DNA of 62,458 bases, counting the filler, from Basidiobolus ranarum (taxonomy: Eukaryota), in assembly GCA_040143965.1 (NCBI GenBank). It is 22 parts of 22 records of this genome, joined end to end, with 100 filler letters (N's around TTAATTAATTAA, not from the genome) between each part and the next. Parts side by side here need not be neighbours in the genome. Positions count along the whole stretch, not along the records: positions 37,034 to 39,775 come from JASJQH010009893.1; positions 39,876 to 42,615 come from JASJQH010009894.1; positions 42,716 to 45,454 come from JASJQH010009895.1; positions 45,555 to 48,290 come from JASJQH010009896.1; positions 48,391 to 51,125 come from JASJQH010009897.1; 17 more parts are not named here. One strand, written 5' to 3'. Numbering within the stretch: the first letter of the stretch is position 1; every line of letters begins with the position of its first letter. The position numbers and the translations under genes are program-made. Shown here piece by piece: positions 37,034-48,398 of this stretch. The notes beneath the pieces are model-generated. The model worked only from the letters and a program-made list of their open reading frames with translations. It ran no database searches and was not told the origin of the DNA.

Positions 37034-37301
37034 CGAGATAGAAAAGGTTTTCCGACCTTTGGTGAAAAACTCACTATTTATTGCGAACAGTGACTTCAGC
37101 CCCGAAGAAGGAGATCAATGGGTGAAGGAAGGCAAAGCTGACGCGATAGCCTATGCAAGACCTTATTTAGCAAACCCTGATTTTGCTGAACGATTGTTTC
37201 AAGGAAAAGAATTATCCCAACTTACTGATATGTCAACTTTATACTTGACTAAGGATGGTGATAAGAGTATAGGTTACTCTGATTACCCCAAAGCCACTTA
37301 A
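37034..37301 (+). CDS. Old Yellow Enzyme / NADH:flavin oxidoreductase, C-terminal fragment
   Basis: GKADAIAYARPYLANPDF..RL...TLY...GYSDYP C-terminal signature. Confidence 0.88.
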
Positions 37302-37389
37302 ATCAAAATAAACAACGGGAATATTTATTCTATAGCAAGTGTACCGATATTTCCTAAATATACCGTATTGCTCAATTTTTGACTGAGAA

Positions 37390-38578
37390 AGAAAGCTCCT
37401 TTCCCTCCAAGCCAAATTATCAATAGCAATGTAACCCATGGCGCCTCTAGTTTCTACAGTACCACTACCGATGTATGGTAAAATCACGCGCTTCTTGCAT
37501 TTAAAAAGTGGGTGATCAACAGGTAGAGGTTCTGGTGTAGCTACATCTAAACCAACCCCACCAACTAGATTTTCCTCTAGAGCGCGTACCAAGTCATCCT
37601 GTTGGACTATATCTCCTCTGGCAGTATTAACAAAAATAACGTTACTTTTCATCTTTTTAAACGCATCGTAGTTGAATATTTCGCGAGTGTCTTCGGTCAA
37701 TGCACAACATACTATAAGCACATCCGATTCTTTTAATAAAGTATCAAAATCGGTAAATTCAGCGTTTAACTTTGACGCTTGTTCTTTACGCTCATGGCGG
37801 CCGGTATACAAAACATGAGAGATTCCGAGTGCTTTCAAACAAATCGCTGATGCTTCCCCAATACATCCAAGACCTACCACTCCTAACGTTTTATTAGTCA
37901 TTGGACACCAAGTAACCAAGAAGTATCCCCATTTTTCCAAATCCCGTTTCTCGCAGCATCAACGCCTTCTGAAAATCAACGTTCAGCGAGTAATACCAGA
38001 GAAGCTGTTATATCAGCTGTGGAATCAGTCAGCACGTGTTGCTGACTTTAACCTTATATTTGTTACAGATAGGAACATCGATATGATCGTAACCAACACT
38101 AAAAGTTGAAGCCACCTGCTCCAACGAACAAAGTTAGCAAAAAAATCTTTGAAAAAAGTGCTTGTGAAATTCTACTTTTAGGTGAGAACCTAAATAGCAA
38201 ACGCCCATTTAAAACACTTTCTGTAAAAAATATCACACAAAAAGTACTTACCAGCGGCTTGAAGAACTTCTTTATCAATTTTTTCAGTGCCCTTGCAAAT
38301 AATACCGTCCATGTCTGGGCAACACTTTAGGATTGATATTCTTATTAGGTAGCACATGTCAAAAGTTGGTACCGTTAACCTGTTGGAGGAGATCTTCACG
38401 AGCTTTAGGTGTCTCCCACTGAGTAATATGCAGCCTAACTCTATTGTTGGTTTCACATTTCTACTGTAGCATAACCAGAATGTGTACCTTACATTTCTTG
38501 TTGCTCTAGCTTTCTCTGAGCTTCTTCAGGAAACATGTGGGTCACCAGCACATGATATTTCTTTTGATTATTGATCAT
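37390..38578 (-). pseudogene. Glyoxylate/hydroxypyruvate reductase-like D-2-hydroxyacid dehydrogenase, intron-containing, probably pseudogenised
   Basis: KTLGVVGLGCIG, FVNTARG, GLDVATPEPLP; N-terminal exon MINNQKKYHVLVTHMFPEE; catalytic His motif LPHIGS reads LPYIGS; apparent frameshifts near 37940-38060 and at the 3' end. Confidence 0.8.
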
Positions 38579-38779
38579 AGTCTGATAGGTATGAGTACTT
38601 GTAGGATAACTGAGGTTTCATATTTCACCAGGACTCCCATCAATATCCACTCATCTAGGCATTTATTCAAATGCAAAGACTGGAAGTGTTGTATCTGTAT
38701 ATATTCAAGTGCAATTTTAAAATGATTCCTGCCTGATAAGTATTGGCAACATTGGGAGTTGTTTGTCAATAGTGTTAAT

Positions 38780-39775
38780 ATATTCTTATGACATCAAGTC
38801 ACATTGTCAGATCTCAGGCAGATACAGCAACTGAGCAAAGATTTTCTAAATGGATATGAAAAACTTTGTTACAGGTTTAAAGAAGATAGACTGAATCTAT
38901 GCCAGTATTCAATGCATTCCCTGCTGCATCTTTCACAATGCATAGAGATTATAGGCCCTTGCTATACATTCTGAGAGTTCCCAATGGAGTGCACCTGCAG
39001 TGAAATGATGCTCTATGTGAAATTGTCAGTATTACTGTATGCTAATCTGATTAACAATGTATCAGCAAAATCAGTGATGGATGTAATGCCATGGGTTAAG
39101 GAGACTCCAGATTATATTAACCTTGCAACAAAGGGCACCTTTAATGTGCTCATAGGTCTTTGCATTGTTTGAGCACCATAACAGCAACATAGCCCAATCC
39201 ACGGACACAGAGTAAGTACTACTATATTTTGGACTAATTTTTTATGTAATAATTTGATGGAGTTTTTAGGAAAGCTGCAAGACAGACTTCTTAGTGAGAT
39301 AGATCAAGATATGCAGTATTATTGTTTTGGCCATGGGATAATCTATTCAAGCAATGACACATCTACTTGTGGCAGGACATTGGTTGATTGCAATTTAGGG
39401 ATATATTGGCTGAATTCTTTACAGAAATTTGCCAAAATCCAAGAGCTTATTCTCATTGCAAACAGTAACAAGAGTCAGCTATTTTGCAAGTGGCAGAGCT
39501 ATTCAAAATTTCAGATGTTTAGCAATTTTTTCACCATTAGTTTGTTGAAATTAGCATTGCTTAAGCACCTATATAGTCATATATACCTTAGTACTTAGTT
39601 ATCTTATAACTCACTAAGATATTATCAATTATTCTCAATCAGAATTTACTTAGAATATTTTTAACAACTTAGAAGTTCTCAGATATATAGATTTTTCAAA
39701 CTTGTGCTAGAAGCCCCAAACTTTGCACAAATGTTCCTGGGACCTTCCTTAACATATTCTACATGTTAGTTTGTT
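38780..39775 (+). mobile_element. CACTA-type transposase 3' fragment interrupted at ~39543 by LTR family E
   Basis: Homologous to 8561-9200, then an abrupt switch to TGTTGAAATTAGCATTGC. Confidence 0.8.
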
Positions 39776-39875
39776 NNNNNNNNNNNNNNNNNNNNNNNNN
39801 NNNNNNNNNNNNNNNNNNNTTAATTAATTAANNNNNNNNNNNNNNNNNNNNNNNNNNNNNNNNNNNNNNNNNNNN

Positions 39876-40072
39876 GTACCAGTGAGTTTGTCCCACATCC
39901 AATGCTTGGGAGCATTGAGACGCTTCAAGTGCTTCTTTGGTCCGCGAGCCTAAAGACATGATCAAAAGTATTACTAACAATCCTAGAATCTGTCTATCTA
40001 CTCAATATCTACATATCATCCATCCATTAACATTATTCTTAATTCATACGGAATTTGACAAATACATACCAT
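39876..40072 (-). CDS. RPS4: 40S ribosomal protein S4 (eS4), 5' end: ATG-only coding exon 40072-40070, intron 40069-39950, exon 2 from 39949 to contig end
   Basis: M|ARGPKKHLKRLNAPKHWMWDKLTG; GTATGT donor and TTTAG acceptor. Not in the ORF track. Confidence 0.92.
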
Positions 40073-42715
40073 TATGGACAAATCTAATAAAGAACCAAGG
40101 GAAAAGGAGAGATCGATTTGGCCAAGTGAAGACTTTTAAGCGTGCATACTGATTCAGACGGAATCTCGCATTTCATTGGTCCATTCTGCTTTTTTCAAGA
40201 TTTGATTAACTAGCGAATTATGTTAGTTTCTAGATCAGCTACGTTATTCTCAATAATGGTTTCTAGTATATATTGACCTCGTAGCTTGAGTATTTATTAA
40301 CGATCTCAACAACATAGAGTTGACCTGCCAACGGAGGGATATCCTTGAGAATGAGTGGCTGTTGAAAGTTTTTATTTATTATTGGAACTATTTATATTTT
40401 CCATATCTATATTTTGGTGGTTTGTGAGTTACTTATTATCAAACTTCTGTCAAGAGGCGAGAACGCTCCGTGTCATATCGATGATTATTTCCCGTAGTAA
40501 GCTGTGTTAAATTACTGATCTGTGTACACATAAAAAAATTCCTGATAAAAGCGAGGATACATCCTGAGATACTGCAGACTCTAGTATTTGAGCTTGTAGA
40601 TAGTGCAAAGGAATTAGAGTACGAAATCAAGCTTAAAAAGGATCTGAAAATAGTTGATCGCAAGTTCATGATACAATGCTTTCATCACCGTCAGTTGCGA
40701 ACCAGGCATACAAAACAACATGATGGCCGAGGTTTTACGAGATACGGAGGTCTATCTTCTTGAGATAGGGAAATGGAAGAGTGTAAGTAAGGTCTTGGTT
40801 GAGGCCTACGATACGAAATCCATATCCACGAACCAGGAGGTTACTAAATACTAAGGTTTTTAGCATGTGTCGAAATTGTGACTATTGTTGCTTAATAGAT
40901 AGGACAGAAGGAAGGATTAGAAGTTATTCACTTAATATGGGAATAGAGACGCATCCGATATTAAATCCTGTCTTAAAAGCACAGAGCTCTTTATCTGATA
41001 GCAACCCAGAAGATAGCTGAGGTGCTTTGAAAGCTAGTGATGTATTATCCTAAAGGAATGGGATGAAACTTGAGTATACATGCCTAAAAAGATTCTATAG
41101 AACTACGGCATATTACTCGTTACAGATTTTGCCGCAAGGTAAGAAGTACACTTTTCAGTAAGCTTTTTAGGAGCAGACAGTTAACAGGGGATTCATTAGT
41201 TTCTCAGTATTGTTTCATTTAGACCGTTGTACTAACATTTGTAGTTACAATTTTTAATAATAATAAGTGTATCAAAAGTCAATACATCAAGGTTGCATTT
41301 TATGTCTTCCTAGGGAACAACTAAGAAACTGAACCGTAGAGACATTTGCTCCTTAGTTTGTTTAAACTATATCAGTCCGAATTAGTAAAAGAATGTCTGT
41401 CTACGGTCAAAAAAAGCGGTCATATTCCTGCCTCTATAAACATAAATTACTCATTGAAATCTAATTAGATATACATTAACTGATATCTATTTATCATTCA
41501 ACACACTCGGTAATATGTATTACATTGTACCTCTGTATTATTAACAAAGGGTTGCCAGAACTGATACTATTTCACCACTAAGTTTACCCATCATATACCA
41601 TTTATGAACAGAATTTCTTTGCCAAAGCATTACAATCCAATAGCAATCTATACAATCTAATTAACGCACTAAGGATGCTAGCAGATGAGAATACATTGAT
41701 TTCTTGATTCATCACTAGCTGCATGCAAGTGGACTATTATCCATGTAACAATGGCTGACAGCAACAATACTTAGCCCAAATCCAACGTAAATCACAAGTC
41801 ATCATCACCAAAATAAGCAAGCTGATCACATTTCTAATTGTGACTTTGCATCAATTTCCAATCTCCACCAATAGCTATTGTTACATCCACTACTCGAACT
41901 GCCTCATTGGACCAGGCGCAATTATGCTAAGTGTAACAGTTCGTTTTCCTGCTACTTGACTCTTTACAGCCTTCCTCCTCCTCTTTGTCTTTGTTAATGG
42001 GGGTTGAAAGAAAGACAACGCACATCCGCAGAATATACATACACTCAATGAAGCGTGCCAGATGTGTATTCAATATCCTGGAAGATCTGTGATCTATCAT
42101 TGCTCTTCTTTGGAGCAGGAAATTCTCACATCCGACACAAAGACTAGAGGTTCCATCTGAAAACTGTTTAATACTTTCTATTTGATAATTCAAGTTTAGT
42201 GAATTGATAAACCTGAAATTTCACATCCAGTGTTTTTGTTTCCAAGTCTGAGTTTGACTCGAAATTACAGAAGGATAGAAACCCATTGGATTTGGGGCTA
42301 AGGATGCTCGGATTTTTTTTACTCAACTGGGACCTGGATTCACCTCTCAACATTAACACCTCCTCCCCAGCCATCTTGAATTATACAAGTGTGTCGATTG
42401 TGATATCAAATAGATGGGAAAGGTCCTTAATCTATCAACATCTGAAATCCCAAGGGTTCCCATTGACCTAATCCCACTCTTTAGAACATACACACCATAA
42501 CATTAAATACATGGACATTAAAGCCCACATGACTGAATAGTGGTCATTCTCAATGAGAAACATCGTCTTTCTCAGCTTTTACTTACCCAGTCCATATATC
42601 CTAGGGTATTCGTACNNNNNNNNNNNNNNNNNNNNNNNNNNNNNNNNNNNNNNNNNNNNTTAATTAATTAANNNNNNNNNNNNNNNNNNNNNNNNNNNNN
42701 NNNNNNNNNNNNNNN

Positions 42716-44379
42716 TCCTACAGCCTCTTCCAATTCCTGATCAGCAGTGGAAATCCATATCCCTGGATTTCATAACTGATCTATCCTTGTCTGCCAAATA
42801 TGATTCAATTCTGGTAATTGTTGACCATCTAACAAAGATGGCCCACTTTGTGCCCTGCAACAAGTCAATTGATGCAAAACAAACAGCAGAATTGGTAACT
42901 CAAAACATCTTCCACCTACATGGCCTCCCTGAAACTATCATCTCTGACCAAGGACCTTAGTTTGCTTCCAAATTCTGGAAAAGTCTCCTCCATACCTGGG
43001 GTATCTATGCCAATCTCTCCACTGCCTTCCACCCCCAATCTGATGGCCAAACAGAAAGAGTCAATCAAGTTTTGGTACAATATTTGCAATGCACTATCAA
43101 CTATAATCAGGATAATTGGAAACAACTTTTACCTCTTGCTGAATTTGCTAACAACAACTCTTATTATACCTCAACAAAACAAACTCCCTTCTTTGCAATT
43201 ATGGATTCCATCCTTGTTTAACAATTCACCCACCATGCAAACTACCTTGCCCTGCTGCCTTGGACCATGCCACTTATCTTAAGCACATTCATAAACAACT
43301 TATATCTGAGTTTGAGCATGCTCAATCCCTATACAAGAACTTTGCTGATAAGAAAAGAAAGCCAAGCCCAGATTTCAAGCCAGGAGATTATGATTTGCTA
43401 CTTCAGAAAAATATCAAAACCACTAGACCTTGTGATAAACTTGATCATAAAAGAATGGTACCTTTGAAGATTATTAAGAAAATCAATTCAGTAGCCTTTT
43501 GCCTTGAACTCCTAGCCATTTCAAAGTCGACAATGTATTCCATGTGTCTCTCTTAGAGCCACATGTCAGAAACACCTTCCAGGGCCAATACATTGGCCAA
43601 TTCCAAGCAATCCAAGTGGAAGAACACCCTGAATATGAAGTTAGCAAAATCCTAGATTCCAGAATTTATGGAGATAAGTTGCAATATTTAGTGGACTGAA
43701 AAGGATACTCAACAAATGATCAATCATGGGAGCCAGCAACAAATCTTTTCAATTCCAAGGAACTTTGCCAGGAGTTTCATGAAGCCTACCTGGAAAAACC
43801 TGGCCCTATGATGTCTAGATGCCATCACTAAAGAAGGGGATACTGTCATGATCCTAATCTTGGCATACTGATTTACTACAAATAGAACTCTTCTATTTTT
43901 AGATTGTGACATCATATCTGCAGTGCCATCCCTTCTTGCCATTCTTGTGTTAGTTCATCCAGATTACCTTATATTGAAGTCAGGTTGTAGGGAACATTCC
44001 AAGAAACCTAACCAATCATGTCATCCCACACATAGTGCATTTCCGCCAGGACCCTCCATGGAAGGCCACTTGATCATCCTGACATCACCCTTACATCATC
44101 CCTCTTTGTATTGGTTCTTGTAGTCCCCAACACCACAACTCTTGAAGTTGCCATAGTATATTCCCTTTTCAGTATATTATGTTTCACCTTGCAATATCTA
44201 TATAAGCCCCATGTATTCCTAAATCAGACCTCAGTCTGATCAATGCTAGTTATCAATAAAGATTCTTGCCAAAGTATCTACCTTGTCCAGTCTTGTCTTA
44301 TGCTGTACACTCAAGTACTCTCCTGCTTTCTAGCCTCTTGTGGTTGTTCCCTGTCCTTGTCAAGTTCCTTATTGTGACA
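42716..44379 (+). mobile_element. Ty3/Gypsy chromovirus 3' end: integrase, chromodomain, PPT and 3' LTR (43844-44379)
   Basis: LQPLPIP..WKSISLDFITDL, HGLPETIISDQG, STAFHPQSDGQTERVNQ; chromodomain EYEVSKILDSR...YLVD*KGY...SWEP; AAGAAGGGGA before TG; stops present. Confidence 0.95.
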
Positions 44380-45275
44380 TGCATAATGCTCAGATCCGAG
44401 GTTTTGCATATGTTGTCTGACTACTGCCACTGCAAAAGAGATATCTGGCCAGGTTCTGGTTGTAGCATATATTGAACTGCCTATCATAAGTTGATAAGGG
44501 AACTCAGGGCTTTCAAATGACAAATTTTGAGCCATATTTGGATGATTTTCATCGTTGTTGATGGGATTTTTGACTAGTTTCACACCTGGATCCATGGAAG
44601 TTGCCACTGGCTTACAATTCTCTATGCAATAACATCTGAGAATGTCTGAGATGTATTAAAAATCATTCAGAGTAATAGATTTGCTCAATATATCTGTAAG
44701 GATCTGCACACCCAAAAATTACATTAGTTCACCTAAATTGGTCATCTTGAATTGGACTGATAGATCTTTTTTGATGTTCCTGAGACCTTCATCATTATTG
44801 GTAGCTAAAATCAGACCTTCTACATACAAAGCAAGTGTCACCTTGCTGTCCTTATCAGTCTTAAACTAGATCTCAAAATCCGCCACACTCTTTTGGAAAT
44901 CAAGTGATTCCTAGTATGTGGCTACTTAGTGTACCAGGCCCTGGGTGAGTCTTTAATTCCATAAAGTGACTTTCGTAGCTTACACATATACTCAGGGTGC
45001 TCAGGATCCACAAAACCATCTGGTTAATCCAAGCAGATTTAACGTCCATTTATTGGATTTTTAAGCAATGTTTTGCTGCCACTGCTAGTACAATTCTGAT
45101 GGAATTAAACTTTGCTACTGGAGCAAATGTTTTATTACAGTCCACTCCTTCCATTGGAGAGTATTCTTTAGCCACAAGTCTGGCTTGATATCTTTCTACA
45201 GATCCATCAGCTTGCTCTTTAACCGTAAACACCCATTTGCATTGAATTGATATTTGGTCATCAGGTAACTTAATA
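44380..45275 (-). mobile_element. Copia RT remnant flanking the Gypsy LTR
   Basis: DGSVERYQARLVAKEY...[12 protein letters not shown] and PYQLMIGSSIYA..TWPDISFAV motifs. Confidence 0.9.
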
Positions 45276-45669
45276 GACTTGTTCCATCAGACCAGGTCAG
45301 ATCGTTCAGCTTGATCCAGCCTGCTAGTACACCATCTGGCGCAATCTGTCAATTACCATGGCTGGGTCCTATAACACTCGATCAGACACTATAAGGAACA
45401 ATATGGCACTATCCCACCACAATCGGACACGATGATTTTTTTGGAGATATCGTGNNNNNNNNNNNNNNNNNNNNNNNNNNNNNNNNNNNNNNNNNNNNTT
45501 AATTAATTAANNNNNNNNNNNNNNNNNNNNNNNNNNNNNNNNNNNNNNNNNNNNATTAAGGATGTAGTGGCAGGTGCACTGTGATTCTGTGGCACAACTA
45601 CTTCAGAATATTTAACTATCACAATACTCAACTCTCTGCTATAGGAAATTACTATGTGCAATATCAACC

Positions 45670-46270
45670 CCCCCCCAATGGATAGTTCTCCTATAGCCCC
45701 AAGTGGTACTGGTAGAGCTTGCCTGTTAAGTAACAATATTCAAGCAGACTCTTTCCCAATGAATGTGCTTACCATATTTTGAAGCAAAGTTGAATTGGTT
45801 GCCTCTCCAGTTTATACCAATGATGTTGGTTGGCTTAAGCTTGGCAACACATCCCTATTTTGCTAAAGAGCTGGTGGCAATATTGCATTTGTTGCCCCAT
45901 TTCTTTCCAAGTAGTTCCAAAGTCACTTGTAATCTAGACAAATAATATTAGTCCCACAGAATAAGCTCAAAAGATATATTGGTACCACAACTTGTGGTTA
46001 ATGCAGATTGGCAGATACTAGTGACAGTGTTAGAGCAATCCAATGTGGAATGGTATCAGCTGAATTGGTATTCATTATTGACTTTGCCAAATAGTAGTTG
46101 TCAACATAAATGAAAGCAAGATGGCTTTTTTTCTGAAAAGACAATACAAACTTTATCAATATACCTATAACTAGATTGAGGCTCTCTGTCATTCTTATGT
46201 ATATAGTTATGTCTATACATGGAACAGCTTGGACTTTATGTGACATATGAAGTGCTGCTTATTTATTAGT
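45670..46270 (-). pseudogene. Heavily decayed NRPS adenylation-domain paralog of 22810-25554
   Basis: NIICLDYK*LWNYLERNGATNAILPPAL*QNRDVLPSLSQPTSLV*TGEA aligns by eye to NIVRLNRYELWNYMEKYAITHAVFSPALLQNGNDLPTLSNPLTLLLTGEA; PVPLGAIGELSIGG matches PVPLGAIGELYVGG; internal deletions and stops. Confidence 0.8.
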
Positions 46271-46654
46271 CAATTGGTAATAATTTACATTCATTTTTTT
46301 AGCAGTTATTATAATTATACAAACCTATCACACAACAGTTGTATTGTCAAAAATTACTTTACATAATGGTAAGTTTAATAGTTGTGGGAAGATTCTCTGT
46401 AAAGGTTAGTACCCAAATGAACAAAATCAAGGTTGAAAAGTTTATTGAATAACTTTTACTAGCAAACATAATTTGATCAAAGCAGTTCATTTTTTGCCAC
46501 TAAGTTGCAAGTTGTAATGCCCATTCCAGCAAATCCATTATCAACCACCTTACCCTACTCCATTTTGCCCAAAATAACTAGTAAAACTTTATTTTTTCAT
46601 CTCATTTACCACCAGTAAATGGACATTCCCCTCTGCCATCAAGCAGTAGGATAT

Positions 46655-46969
46655 TGTTGGAGGATCTTGATATAATGGTGGTAGACTTTGAAGATTAGAG
46701 GCAACTTATGATAGTGCTATAGTTACTTTATTCTTAAGAGAATATAGTGACTTACATAGTAGAGAAGAAAATCAATTGTTTGAGATATTCAGGAGTTTAT
46801 GTAATAAGACACAATAGATTAGTGGGGGTAATAAGACATACTTGTTATATAGATACAGAGATATTCCTATTTTGAATATAGAGGCTATAGATAAGTTGCC
46901 CTCTGTTTCTGATATATGTATCATAGCTAAAGTTAACCAAGATCTGGAATAACAATTAATTATCCAACA
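46655..46969 (-). mobile_element. Solo Copia LTR (family C) with 5-bp TSD GATAT
   Basis: TGTTGG...CCAACA; GATAT at 46650-46654 and 46970-46974. Confidence 0.92.
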
Positions 46970-48398
46970 GATATCCTGGCAGTCCTTGTCTTTTTTAACT
47001 ATCAACAGTGTCCACACTCCAACTTTGGCATTAAATGGCAAAATCAATCTTTGACTACATAGCAATGAGGAAATGAACTTAATACTAAACTCTCCAATTG
47101 TTTGGTGACCCTTTTCACTTCAGTTAGCACTTAACTAGCCCTATTGCAAAGGAAGAATATTATAGTGTACTTCCCAATTGATGCAAACTAATTAATAAGC
47201 ATATGATTATGTAGTGATTTCTGATCTGTTTGGTGTCTTACTTCATCACTGTCTTCACCTATTTCATGGATCCTTGCTTTTGTTGTTGGCTGAATATATC
47301 AAGATTTTCAATTCTTCTCTTGGGCAAGATACTGCTAGTTATGAGAGATTATGCAGTGAAATACCTGTTGGTTGGACAAACTTTCCTCTCATGTGTGATG
47401 CAATATCCTCTGAATTCTGCTTTACCAAGGCCAGAATTGTTATGAATGGACTTTGGCATCTAAGATCTCCAATGCTATGAATGTTACACATATATTCCTT
47501 GCATATCATATCAAAGTGGAACTGCTGAAAGCTAGATTGCTACTTTTATATATAAATTAATAGAAAGGCAGTGATCAAGAAGTGGCTTGCCAGACCTTCT
47601 TCAAGTGCACTACCCACTGGAATTCCATCTGACATGAGCCTATTGCATTTGACTTTAGTTTGCAAACACTTGAAGCAGAAAAGCCTGTAATAGCTCACAT
47701 AGACTACCAACTACATCTTTGATATGATTATTGCTTTACTATTGTCTTTCTTAAAGCCTACAAACCTGGCTTTTATTCCATTATCCATATTATTTTCCTG
47801 CCTTGCTTCCTTTTATAGCTATTTATACCTACAAACACTATATCTACATCTTTAATGCTGGAATACATTGCTAGGTGAGTCAATCAAGGATATGATCCAA
47901 AACTTTGACTGTGTACTAGGAGGTTATTGTCCAAATTCTCACTTAATTTGGACTACAATATAACTAACACATGAACACTAAATCTACATCCATAAAACTT
48001 GAATACATTGATAGCTGAGTCAATGAAGATATGATCCTATACTTTCACTGCATTTTAGGATGTTGTTTTCTAACTTTGTACTCTATATGCATAAGGATAT
48101 AAGCCAAGTAGTTACATACAAGCTGATGTTTTTATCCCCCAAATGATTGAACTATCTCATATAGTAAGCTGAAAGCCATGATTTTTGATGCACATGCTTC
48201 TTATGCACTAATTGCATAGGTTATGCAAGCATAAGTGTTACTGTAAAATTATGAACCTATTTAGGCAGGATTACTAGGAAATAATGTATANNNNNNNNNN
48301 NNNNNNNNNNNNNNNNNNNNNNNNNNNNNNNNNNTTAATTAATTAANNNNNNNNNNNNNNNNNNNNNNNNNNNNNNNNNNNNNNNNNNNNTGTTAGGG

